This document shows positions 19,709 to 28,800 of a stretch of DNA of 64,000 bases, piece by piece. Position 1 is the first letter of the stretch, and every line of letters begins with the position of its first letter. The stretch is from Acidimicrobiales bacterium. Lineage in GTDB: Bacteria; Actinomycetota; Acidimicrobiia; Acidimicrobiales; UBA8190. The stretch is taken from positions 135-64,134 of the forward strand of contig DATKSG010000014.1 of the NCBI GenBank assembly GCA_035531775.1, read 5' to 3'. The notes below the pieces were generated by a model. That model ran no database searches, was not told where the DNA came from, and saw only the letters and a program-made list of their open reading frames with translations. The position numbers and the translations under genes are program-made.

Positions 19709-20694
19709 ACGTTGCCCCCGACACACCGGCACTCGACGTGGAGATGCCCGCCGCCCTCGACGGCGAGCGGGTTGACCGCGCCCTGTCCATCATCACCGGC
19801 CTTCCGCGCCGCGTCGTGGCCGACATGGTGAGCGCCGGACAGGTGACCATCGACGGGCGCATTGTCACCCTTCGCAGCACGTCTCTTCGTGCCGGCCAAC
19901 GCCTGCAAGCGCTGCTCCCAGCACCAGTCGACACTGGCCCCCGGGCCGATGCATCGGTGCGCTTCGAGGTTGTCTTCGAGGACGATGACCTGATCGTCGT
20001 GGACAAGCCGGCCGGCTTGGTGGTCCACCACGGCGCCGGCCACAACAGCGGGACGCTGGTCGACGGGCTCGCTGCCCGCTACCGCGACCTGGCCCGGCTC
20101 GGGGCCGAAGGGGTGGGGGACCCTGAGCGCCCGGGCATCGTGCACCGGCTCGACAAGGGCACATCGGGCTTGCTGGTCGTGGCCCGGTCCCCGGAGGCCT
20201 TTCACTCCCTGTCGCAACAGTTCCGCGAGCACAGCGCCGAACGGCGCTACGTGGCGCTGGTGGTGGGTGCCGTGGCGGCCGACAGGGGAGTGGTGGAGGC
20301 GCCCATCGGACGTTCGGCCCGCCAGCCTGACCGAATGACGGTTAGCGCTCGTGGCCGCCCGGCCCGGACCCTGTACGACGTGCGTGCCCGCTTCGACCAG
20401 CCGGTGTCGGTGACGTTGGTCGAGGCGACCTTGGAGACCGGGCGCACCCATCAGGTGCGCGTCCACCTCGATGCCATCGGCCACCCGGTGGTGGGTGATG
20501 ATCGCTACGGGTCGAACCGTGCCCGGCCGCCTGAGCTCATGGGCCTTCTCGGCCCCCAGCGCCTCTTCCTCCATGCATGGCAACTCACCGTGCGCCACCC
20601 CGACGGCCGGCTGCTCAGCTGGGAGTCGTCCCTGCCGGCCGAGCTGGCCGCCGTGCTGGCCGAGTTGTCGCGGTCAGGATCAGGCGGCTCGTAG
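19705..20694 (+). CDS. rluD: RluA-family 23S rRNA pseudouridine synthase (RluD-like)
   Basis: S4-like N-terminus and catalytic HRLDKGTSGLLVVA motif. ATG 19705 overlaps the lspA stop (ATGA). The ORF-track start at 19339 lies inside lspA. Confidence 0.85.
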   Translation: MNVAPDTPALDVEMPAALDGERVDRALSIITGLPRRVVADMVSAGQVTIDGRIVTLRSTSLRAGQRLQALLPAPVDTGPRADASVRFEVVFEDDDLIVVDKPAGLVVHHGAGHNSGTLVDGLAARYRDLARLGAEGVGDPERPGIVHRLDKGTSGLLVVARSPEAFHSLSQQFREHSAERRYVALVVGAVAADRGVVEAPIGRSARQPDRMTVSARGRPARTLYDVRARFDQPVSVTLVEATLETGRTHQVRVHLDAIGHPVVGDDRYGSNRARPPELMGLLGPQRLFLHAWQLTVRHPDGRLLSWESSLPAELAAVLAELSRSGSGGS

Positions 20695-21513
20695 AGCTGC
20701 TTCGACCTCGGGGCGGGTAGCCAGCTGCTCCAGCGCCCTGGCCTCTGCTTGGCGGGCCCGGCGCACCCCGATGCCGAGCCGGGTGGCGGTGGCTTGCAGC
20801 GAGGCGGGCGAGCCGCCGTCGAGCCCGTAGCGCAGGCGCACCACGTCGCGGGCCAGCTCGTCGAGCTCGTCCACGGCCTCGCGTACTCGGTCGAGGACCA
20901 GGCGACGCTCCACGTCCTCCTCGAAGCGCTTCTCGTCGGTCCCGACGAGATCGCCGAGCGGCGTGCCCGTGTCGGCCCCGGCCGGCTGGTCCAGGCTGGC
21001 CACCACACGGGTGACGTCGCGCAGGGCCCGCATCGTCTCCTCGTTCATGGCGCTGGCTTCGGACACCTCGGCCGCCGTTGGCTCACGACGTAACTCCGCC
21101 GCCAGCTCCCAGGCCATGCGGTCGGCACGCTGGGCTTGTTCGGCCACCTCCATGGGCACCCGGATGGTGTTTCCGTGCTGCTGGACGGCTCGCTGCAGGG
21201 ACTGTCGGATCCACCACGTGGCGTAGGTCGAGAACCGGAAGCCGCGTTGCCAGTCGAACTTGTCGACCGCCCGCATCAAACCGAAGGTCCCCTCCTGGAT
21301 GAGGTCGGCGAAATCGACGCCACGGTCCTGGTACCGACGGGCCCAGTGGACCACCAGCCGGAGATTGGCGGCGATCATTCGGCGGCGGGCGTCCTCGTCC
21401 CCCCCGGCCACGGCCTTAGCCAGTTCCACCTGCTCATCGGCGTCGGGCAGGGGGTGGCGGTCGAGGTCGTCGAGGAAGAGCCGGATGCCGTCGTGGGTGC
21501 TCGAGTAAGCCAT
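20680..21513 (-). CDS. Sigma-70 family RNA polymerase sigma factor (group 2/3-like, regions 1.2-4)
   Basis: Motifs NLRLVVHWARRY, LIQEGTFGLMRAVDKFD and FSTYATWWIRQ, plus a region 4 HTH (LQATATRLGIGVRRARQ). The start is taken as ATG 21513. Confidence 0.85.
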   Translation of the reverse strand: MAYSSTHDGIRLFLDDLDRHPLPDADEQVELAKAVAGGDEDARRRMIAANLRLVVHWARRYQDRGVDFADLIQEGTFGLMRAVDKFDWQRGFRFSTYATWWIRQSLQRAVQQHGNTIRVPMEVAEQAQRADRMAWELAAELRREPTAAEVSEASAMNEETMRALRDVTRVVASLDQPAGADTGTPLGDLVGTDEKRFEEDVERRLVLDRVREAVDELDELARDVVRLRYGLDGGSPASLQATATRLGIGVRRARQAEARALEQLATRPEVEAALRAA

Positions 21514-21602
21514 AGGAGCGTCTCTTTGCTGGTCGCAGGTGGTTTGTGGTGGGAGGCGTGAGCAGAATGCTTGCGAGAGGAACAACACCGATGTGGTGCT
21601 TC

Positions 21603-21634
21603 TCATTCCTGACCGCCAGGGTCATTCCTGACCC
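21603..21634. promoter_or_regulatory. Direct repeat TCATTCCTGACC x2 (19-bp period); the second copy lies inside the palindrome GGGTCA-TTCC-TGACCC
   Basis: Read directly in the AT-richer 178-bp divergent region between the sigma-factor gene and the histidine phosphatase gene. Confidence 0.4.
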
Positions 21635-21691
21635 AAAGCGCCCCCGACCAAACCCAGAGTTGCGCCAGCCATGTACCCATGATGCGCTCGG

Positions 21692-22294
21692 GTGGTGTCC
21701 GCGTTCCCGAGCAACCCCTGTCGCCTGGTGGTGGTCCGCCACGGGGCCACCTCCTGGAGCCGAGCCGGCCGGCATACGGGTCGGACCGACCTGCCCCTCG
21801 ATCCCGGCGGCGAGGCTCAGGCACGGGCACTGGCCTCGCGCTTGCGCCCCGACTGGTTCACCGGTGTTCTGGTCAGCCCCCTTCGGCGCGCCCGGGAGAC
21901 CTGCGACCTGGCCGGGTTCGGAGCCGGCGCCGAGGTCGTGGAGGACCTGGCCGAATGGGACTACGGCGACTACGAGGGCCTGACCTCAGCCCAGATCCAC
22001 GAACAGCGCCCATCGTGGTCGCTGTGGGAGGACGGGGCCCCCGGAGGGGAGTCGGTGGCCGACGTGCAGGTCCGGGCCGACCGGGTCGTGGACCTGGCCC
22101 GTCGGAGCCCGGGGAATGTGTTGGCCTTCGCCCACGGCCACATCCTCCGGATGGTGGCGGCCCGGTGGCTCGACCTGCCGGCCGCCGCTGGGAGCCGGCT
22201 CCTGCTCTCCCCGGCGGCCGTGGGTGTCCTCGGATGGGAGCGCGAAGTGGCGGTCCTCGGGCCTTGGGACGACGACGGCACACCGCTCGGCTGA
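21692..22294 (+). CDS. Histidine phosphatase family protein (phosphoglycerate-mutase-like)
   Basis: RHG catalytic motif (LVVVRHGATSWS...GRHTGRTDLPL) and a downstream HGH motif (FAHGHILR). Confidence 0.8.
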   Translation: MVSAFPSNPCRLVVVRHGATSWSRAGRHTGRTDLPLDPGGEAQARALASRLRPDWFTGVLVSPLRRARETCDLAGFGAGAEVVEDLAEWDYGDYEGLTSAQIHEQRPSWSLWEDGAPGGESVADVQVRADRVVDLARRSPGNVLAFAHGHILRMVAARWLDLPAAAGSRLLLSPAAVGVLGWEREVAVLGPWDDDGTPLG

Positions 22295-22305
22295 GGCGGG
22301 AGTGC

Positions 22306-23430
22306 TCAGGTCCGTTCGGCCGTCCGGCCTTCGGGTTGGTCGGGCCGGCGATCGACCGGCCGCACCGGAGCAACCGGGGCGTCGTCGCGCTGGCTGCGCT
22401 CGCCGCTCCACAGCGCGGCGGGGGCGTGGACGATGTCGGCCAGAGCGACGGCGATCGATTCGTAGTTGATGCGCCAGCCGACGAAGTGCGGCCAGGCCTC
22501 GTCCTCTGTCCGCTCGATGGGGACCCCGGCGCGCACCAGTCGGTCCACGGCTTCGGAGAAGGCCTGCCGGCTTATCGAGATGGGGCTGTCGGGCATCGGA
22601 TCGGGGTCGTAGGGGATTCGGACGACGCGGGCGATGTCTCGCAGGGCGGTGAAGCCCATCCTGACGCAGAGCCGAGCCTCGGCAGGGGCCCTCGAAGGGC
22701 ACAGGGCCAGGTAGAGAGCAGCCGAGTCGAGCACCGCCACCAGCCCCACCACCCAGGAGTTCGTGGGGTGTGGCGAACGGAGATAGAGCAGTATCGGATA
22801 GGTGGTGTGGCTTTCGGCCACGTCGGCCGACCACCGCTCCCAGTCGCCGTAGAACGCCGGGAGATTGCCTTCGATCCCCACCAGGTAGTGCCGGGCCAGG
22901 AGCTCGGGGCCCCAGGCCGGGGACCCGGCCCGGCTCTCGAGCATGGTGACCAGCGTCTCACGCCGGTTGAAGGCGTCATAGAGCGCGGGCAGGTAGGCGA
23001 TCTGCAACGCCACCACCACCAGGCCGAAGGCAGCGGCGATGAACACCACCACCGAGGGCACCGCTGCGCGTTCGGAGGCGAAGCCCAAGGTGAAGATGGA
23101 TGACCCGCTTTCGATGAAGGCGTGCCCGAGGTCGGAGGTGCCCACGCCCCAGATGAGCAGAGCGAAGCCACTCAACCCGACACCGAGCCAAACAAAGAGG
23201 CGCAGCAACATGAGCACCGGCTCGCCGATGGCCAGGAAGCGGTCGCGAGCGGCAAAGCCCCTCACCGTGCCGGCCGCCAGGTGCAAGACGCGCCGACCCC
23301 CCGATATCAAGCTCGACACCGGCCCCCGCACGTGGGGCCTGGGCACCACCAGGGACTTGACGAGGTCGAAGAGATCGGCCAGGACTATGAGGGCGCCGAC
23401 CCCGACGGCCAGGGCGCGCAGCGCTGTCAC
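22306..23430 (-). CDS. Integral membrane protein of unknown function (possible degenerate pore-loop/ion-channel-like N-terminal half)
   Basis: Several TM helices. The segment ESGSSIFTLGFAS followed by a TM helix resembles a K+-channel pore loop but lacks GYGD. Lies 10 nt downstream of the Rrf2 gene. Confidence 0.6.
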   Translation of the reverse strand: MTALRALAVGVGALIVLADLFDLVKSLVVPRPHVRGPVSSLISGGRRVLHLAAGTVRGFAARDRFLAIGEPVLMLLRLFVWLGVGLSGFALLIWGVGTSDLGHAFIESGSSIFTLGFASERAAVPSVVVFIAAAFGLVVVALQIAYLPALYDAFNRRETLVTMLESRAGSPAWGPELLARHYLVGIEGNLPAFYGDWERWSADVAESHTTYPILLYLRSPHPTNSWVVGLVAVLDSAALYLALCPSRAPAEARLCVRMGFTALRDIARVVRIPYDPDPMPDSPISISRQAFSEAVDRLVRAGVPIERTEDEAWPHFVGWRINYESIAVALADIVHAPAALWSGERSQRDDAPVAPVRPVDRRPDQPEGRTAERT

Positions 23431-23440
23431 GGCGGCGGGC

Positions 23441-23887
23441 TCAGTGCAGAGCCGGGGTGGGCGTCGCCGTGTCGAGCGATCGTCGCACCATGTCGGCCAA
23501 GGTGAACGAGTCGAGATGCTCGCGCATGTGCTCGCCTACGTTGGCCCACACGGCCAGCAAGATGCACTGACCCTCGTGCTCGCAGGCCCCGTTCTCGTGG
23601 GGACGGCCGAAGTCGCCGGCCACGATCGGTCCGTCAACGGCGCTCACGATCTCGCCCAGGGTGATGGCTTCTGGGAGCCGGGCCAGAACGTACCCACCGC
23701 CCACACCCCGCTTGGAGCGGACCAGGCCCGCCCCTTTGAGGGCCAGGAGGATCTGCTCTAGGTAGGGCTGGGGTAGCCCCGTGCGCTCGGCGATGTCCCG
23801 CACCGAGGTTGGTCCTTCGGCGTCGGTGTGCAGGGCGAGCGATAGCAGCGCACGGCTGGCGTAGTCACCCCGGGTCGAGACCTTCAC
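23441..23887 (-). CDS. Rrf2-family transcriptional regulator
   Basis: N-terminal wHTH MKVSTRGDYASRALLSLA...VRDIAERTGLPQPYLEQILLALKGAGLVRSKRGVGGGY. Size is 148 aa. Confidence 0.85.
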   Translation of the reverse strand: MKVSTRGDYASRALLSLALHTDAEGPTSVRDIAERTGLPQPYLEQILLALKGAGLVRSKRGVGGGYVLARLPEAITLGEIVSAVDGPIVAGDFGRPHENGACEHEGQCILLAVWANVGEHMREHLDSFTLADMVRRSLDTATPTPALH

Positions 23888-23945
23888 GGCCCGATGCTAT
23901 CCGGGGCCATGGGGAGGTCCTCGTACGGTGGGTAAGGTGCCGACG

Positions 23946-25088
23946 ATGGAGCGCACCACGTCGTCGGCACCGCCGGACGGGCCCGTCCTCCCCGACTACG
24001 GCGGGGCGTGCCTGTCGTCGCTGGTCCCGGTCCTGCTCCACGGGGGCGGTGCCGCCCCGTCGTGGCTCCCCTCGCCCGTCATCGGCGCCGAGCAGGTCGT
24101 CCTGCTGGTGGTGGACGGGCTCGGGTGGGAGCAGCTCCAGGAACGTGCCGAGAGCGCTCCCACCTTGCTGTCGGGAGATGGTGGCCCCATCACATCGGTG
24201 GTGCCCACGACCACGGCCACGGCGCTCACCTCCATCACCACAGGCCGCACCCCGTCCGAGCACGGCGTGGTGGGCTACCGCGTGGCCACGCCAGACGGGG
24301 CCTCGGGCCCCGACGTGCTCAACGTCCTGCGCTGGTGCACCGGCGCAGGTGACGCCCGCCTCCGTCTGCCGGCGCCGACGGTGCAGAAGTGCCCTCCCTT
24401 CGGGGGACCGGGGGTGCCCGCTATAACCAGGTCGGAGTTCTCCTCCACCGGCTTCACCGCCGCTCATCTCTCGGGGGCGCACCTGGTGGGATGGCGGGTG
24501 CCGTCCACCCTCGTGGTCGAGGTTGGTCGGATGTTGAACGCAGGGCACCCGCTCATCTACGCCTACTACGACGGCATCGACAAGGTGGCCCACGAGCACG
24601 GCCTCGGGCCGCACTATCTGGCTGAGTTGGCCGCCGTCGACCGACTGGTCGGCGACCTGCTCGAGGTGCTCCCGCCCGGCGCCGCCCTGGTTGTTACGGC
24701 GGACCACGGCCAAGTGGAAGTGGGCGCCTCGGCCCGGGTGCCCGGCCCCGAGCTGATGGCGGCCACCGAGCTCGTCTCAGGCGAGGGTCGATTCCGGTGG
24801 CTGCACGCCCGGCGCGGCGCCCACGACGACTTGCTCAAGGCGGCCGAGGATGCCCACGGCGACGAGGCGTGGGTGCGGACCAGAGGCCAGATCATCGACG
24901 AAGGCTGGTTCGGGGGCCCCTTAGCCGACGTGGTGGCCGACCGCCTCGGCGACGTGGCTCTGGTGGCCAGGGAGCCGGTCGCCTTCCTCGACCCGGCCGA
25001 CACCGGCGAGACCCGTCTGTTCGCCCGGCACGGCTCGTTGACCTCGGCCGAGATGCTCGTGCCGCTGCTCGGGTGGTCGGGCTCGTGA
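23946..25088 (+). CDS. Alkaline-phosphatase-superfamily protein (nucleotide pyrophosphatase/phosphodiesterase-like)
   Basis: Motifs VVDGLGWEQL, PTTTATALTSITTGRTPSEHG, YYDGIDKVAHEHG and VVTADHGQ. ATG 23946 is preferred over GTG 23928 because TAAGGT lies 7 nt upstream. Confidence 0.7.
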   Translation: MERTTSSAPPDGPVLPDYGGACLSSLVPVLLHGGGAAPSWLPSPVIGAEQVVLLVVDGLGWEQLQERAESAPTLLSGDGGPITSVVPTTTATALTSITTGRTPSEHGVVGYRVATPDGASGPDVLNVLRWCTGAGDARLRLPAPTVQKCPPFGGPGVPAITRSEFSSTGFTAAHLSGAHLVGWRVPSTLVVEVGRMLNAGHPLIYAYYDGIDKVAHEHGLGPHYLAELAAVDRLVGDLLEVLPPGAALVVTADHGQVEVGASARVPGPELMAATELVSGEGRFRWLHARRGAHDDLLKAAEDAHGDEAWVRTRGQIIDEGWFGGPLADVVADRLGDVALVAREPVAFLDPADTGETRLFARHGSLTSAEMLVPLLGWSGS

Positions 25089-25131
25089 CGCCGGGCTTGG
25101 CCCGGGGGTGGCGCTTTGCAAGGATCTCCCC

Positions 25132-25668
25132 ATGAGCGACACCCCGGATGCTGACCACCCCCAGGCGGTCCCGGCGGCCGAGGCGGTGCTGCTAGGCCCC
25201 GACGAACACCCCTTCAGCGCCGCTGAGGAGGGGGCGGCGCCTGAGAACCAGGACGACAAGGGCGAATCGGTCGAACAGCCGGCCAAGGTCATGCGTATCG
25301 GGTCCATGGTCAAGCAGTTGCTCGACGAGGTGCGGGCCGCCCCCCTCGATGACAAGAGCCGCGCTCGGCTCCGAGAGATCTACGAGCAGTCGGTGCGGGA
25401 GCTGGCCGCTTCGCTGAGCCCAGATCTCGCCGCCGAGCTCGACCGAATGGCGCTGCCCTTCGACGACGCCCTTCCCTCTGATGCCGAACTCCGCATCGCC
25501 CAGGCCCAGCTGGTGGGCTGGCTCGAAGGCCTCTTCCACGGGATCCAAGCCACCCTGATGGCCCAGCAGATGGCAGCGCGGGCCCAGCTCGAGGAGATGC
25601 GCCAGCGCCAGCTGCCCCCCGGCCAGCGCGGCGACGGGCCGCCGCCGCGCCAGGGCACCTACCTCTGA
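25132..25668 (+). CDS. bpa: Bacterial proteasome activator Bpa/PafE (DUF2587)
   Basis: Close resemblance, from memory, to M. tuberculosis Rv3780 (KVMRIG.M.KQLL.EVRAAPLD, SDAELRIAQAQLVGWLEGLFHGIQ, QQMAARAQL). C-terminal GTYL matches the GQYL-type tail. SD AAGGA 7 nt upstream of ATG 25132. Confidence 0.85.
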   Translation: MSDTPDADHPQAVPAAEAVLLGPDEHPFSAAEEGAAPENQDDKGESVEQPAKVMRIGSMVKQLLDEVRAAPLDDKSRARLREIYEQSVRELAASLSPDLAAELDRMALPFDDALPSDAELRIAQAQLVGWLEGLFHGIQATLMAQQMAARAQLEEMRQRQLPPGQRGDGPPPRQGTYL

Positions 25669-25800
25669 TGGAGCCCTCGGTGCCGGCGCGCCGCCCCGCT
25701 CGGTGCGCTATCGTCGAAATGACACGGCTGTAGTTCTCCACAGGTTGTGAACAGGACCACTGTGGACAGCCGCCAGGTCCGCCGAGGAGGACGGGGGCCC

Positions 25801-28800
25801 ATGGCCGGGAAAGGATCGTTCGCCCATCTCCACACCCATACCGAGTACTCGATGCTCGATGGTGCCGCCCGTATCGGCGAGTTGGTGGAGGCGGCGGCCG
25901 CCGACGGGCAACCGGCCATCGGCATCACCGACCACGGCAACATGTACGGAGTCCTCGACTTCTATGCCCAGTGCCGGGAGCGGGGGCTCAACCCCATCAT
26001 CGGGACCGAGGCCTACATGGCGGCCGAGTCGCGCCACGAACGGCCGGCCAGACGGGGCCGGGTCGACGACACCGGGGGCGATGTAGAGGGGGGCCAGAAG
26101 CTCTACTACCACCTGACGCTGCTGGCCGAGACGACAAAGGGCTATGGCAACCTGCTCAAGCTCTCGTCAGAGGCCTACCTGAGCGGATATTTCTACAAGC
26201 CGCGCTGCGATTGGGAGTTGCTCGAACGCCATCACCACGGGCTCATCGCCACCACCGGCTGCCTGGGTGGCGTAGTCCTGCAGGCGCTGCTGGCCGGCGA
26301 CGAGGAGCGGGCCACGGCTCTGGCTGCCCGTCTTCAGGACATCTTCGGGCGCGACAGCTTGTTTGTGGAAGTGCAGGACCACGGGCTAGCCGAGCAGCGC
26401 CGGACCAATCCGGCCCTGGTGCGGGTGGCCAAGAGGCTCGGGGCGCCACTGCTGGCCACCAACGACAGCCACTACACCAGGCGTGAGGACGCCGTCGCCC
26501 ACGACGCCCTGTTGTGCGTGCAGACCGGCGCCTACATGGACGACCCCAAGCGCTTCAAGTTCGAAGGGGAGGAGCACTACCTCAAGTCGGCGGCCGAGAT
26601 GCGTGCGCTGTTCGGCGAGCTGCCCGAAGCCTGTGACAACACGCTGCTGGTGGCCGAGCGGGCGCGGGTGGACATCGAGTTCGGCCTGAACGCGCTCCCC
26701 GAGTTCCCCGTGCCCGAGGAGTTCACTGGCGCCAGCTACGACGCCAGAGCCGATACCTATCTGCGCCATCTCTCGCGGGAAGGCGCTGCCCGCCGCTACG
26801 GCTTCTCCCTGCCCGAGGCGGTGACCGATCGTCTCGAGTACGAACTCGGGGTCATCTCGAAGATGGGCTTCTCGGCGTACTTCCTCGTCGTGTGGGACCT
26901 GATTCGCCACGCCCGCCAGAGTGGCATCCGCGTGGGGCCGGGCCGCGGCTCGGCCGCCGGGTGCTGCGTCGCCTACTGCCTCGACATCGTCGACCTCGAT
27001 CCCATCCGTTACGACCTGCTGTTCGAACGGTTCCTAAACCCGGGTCGCAAGCAGATGCCCGACATCGACATGGACTTCGATGAGCGCTATCGCGGCGAGA
27101 TGATCCGCTACGCCTCCGAGCGATACGGCACGGACCGGGTGGCCCAGATCGTCACCTTCTCCACCATCAAGGCCCGGGCCGCCGTGCGTGACGCCGCCCG
27201 CGTGCTCAGGCTCCCGTACCAGGTGGGGGACAGGATCGCCAAAGCCATGCCGCCGCTCATCATGGGCCGCGACACACCGCTGCGGGCTTGTCTCGATCGC
27301 ATCGAAGGCTACGAGGACGGCTACGTAAGCGCCCAGGGTCTCAGGGACATGTATGCCACCGACCCCGAGGCGGCCAAGGTCATCGAGGTGGCCAAAGGAC
27401 TCGAAGGCCTGCGCCGCCAAGATGGCATCCACGCCGCAGCCGTGGTCATCACCAAGGAGCCGCTGACCGAGTACCTGCCCGTGCAGCGCAAGCCCGAGAG
27501 CGGCCAGAACCCGGCCGAAGCGCCTCTCGTGACCCAGTACGAGATGCACGGTGTGGAAGAGCTGGGTCTGCTCAAGATGGACTTCCTCGGCTTGCGCAAC
27601 CTGTCGGTCATCGAGCGCGCCCTGGACCTGGTCGAGCGGTCACAGCGACGGCGACCCGACATCGACGGCATCCCCCTCGACGACCCTTCCACCTTCGAGA
27701 TGCTGCGCCGCGGCGACTCCATCGGGGTCTTCCAACTCGAGGGTGGGCCTATGCGGTCGCTCATGCGGTCCTTGGCTCCCACGTGCTTCGACGACGTCGC
27801 CGCCCTGGTTGCGCTGTACCGGCCGGGCCCGATGGCGGCGAACATGCACAGGGACTATGCCGATCGCAAGAACGGGCGGCAGGCGGTGTCGTACCTGCAT
27901 CCGGACCTGGAGCCCATCTTGGCCGAGACCTACGGCCTCATGATCTACCAGGAATCGCTCATGCGAGTGGCCCAGAAGTTCGCCGGCTACAGCCTCGAGG
28001 AGGCCGACAACCTTCGGAAGGCGTGCGGGAAGAAGATCCGCAAGCTGATCCAGGCCGAGCGTGAGAAATTCATAGCCGGTTGCGTGTCGGAGGGTTACGG
28101 GGAGGCACTCGGCACCAAGCTCTTCGACATCATCGAGCCCTTCGCCGACTACGCCTTCAACAAGTCCCATTCTTACGGTTACGGCTTCGTGGCATACCAG
28201 ACGGCGTGGCTGAAGGCCCACCATCCCATCGAATACCTGGCCGCCCTGCTCACTTCGGTGAAGGATGACAAAGACAAGACCGCCGTTTATCTGGGCGAGT
28301 GCCGGACGCTCGGCATCGAGGTGCTCGTCCCCGATGTGAATACGTCGTGGGGCGAGTTCGCTCCTCTGGTGGGCGAGGACGGCAGCCAGCGGATCGTCTT
28401 CGGATTGGCCGCCGTGCGCAACGTGGGGGAGAGCTTGGTGGAGCGCATCGTGGCCGAGCGCGAGCGGGGCGGGCCGTTCGCCGACTTCTACGACTTCTGT
28501 CGCCGCGTGGACCCCGTGGTGTTGAACAAGCGCACGGTCGAGTCGCTGGTGAAGGCCGGGGCATTCGACTCCATGGGGCATCCTCGCCAGGGTCTGTGCC
28601 TCGTGTTCGAGCAGATCGTCGACCGGACCCTGGAGCGGCGCCGCGAGGAGGACGCCGGCATCTCCACGCTGTTCGCCGCCATCGAGGAGCCTGCCACCGA
28701 CGGCGGAGCACCGGCCGGCTTCGCCGAGGCGCGACTGGCGATCCCCGACACCGAGTTCCCGAAGACCCCGCGCCTCGCCTTCGAGAAGGAGATGCTCGGC

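Noticed and set aside
25737-25766. Inverted repeat TCCACAG-N16-CTGTGGA upstream of dnaE, considered as an operator or LexA-type box.
   Set aside because: It has only 7 bp per arm, does not resemble the actinobacterial SOS box (GAAC-N4-GTTC type), and lies within a region that may already be 5' UTR. The support is too weak.
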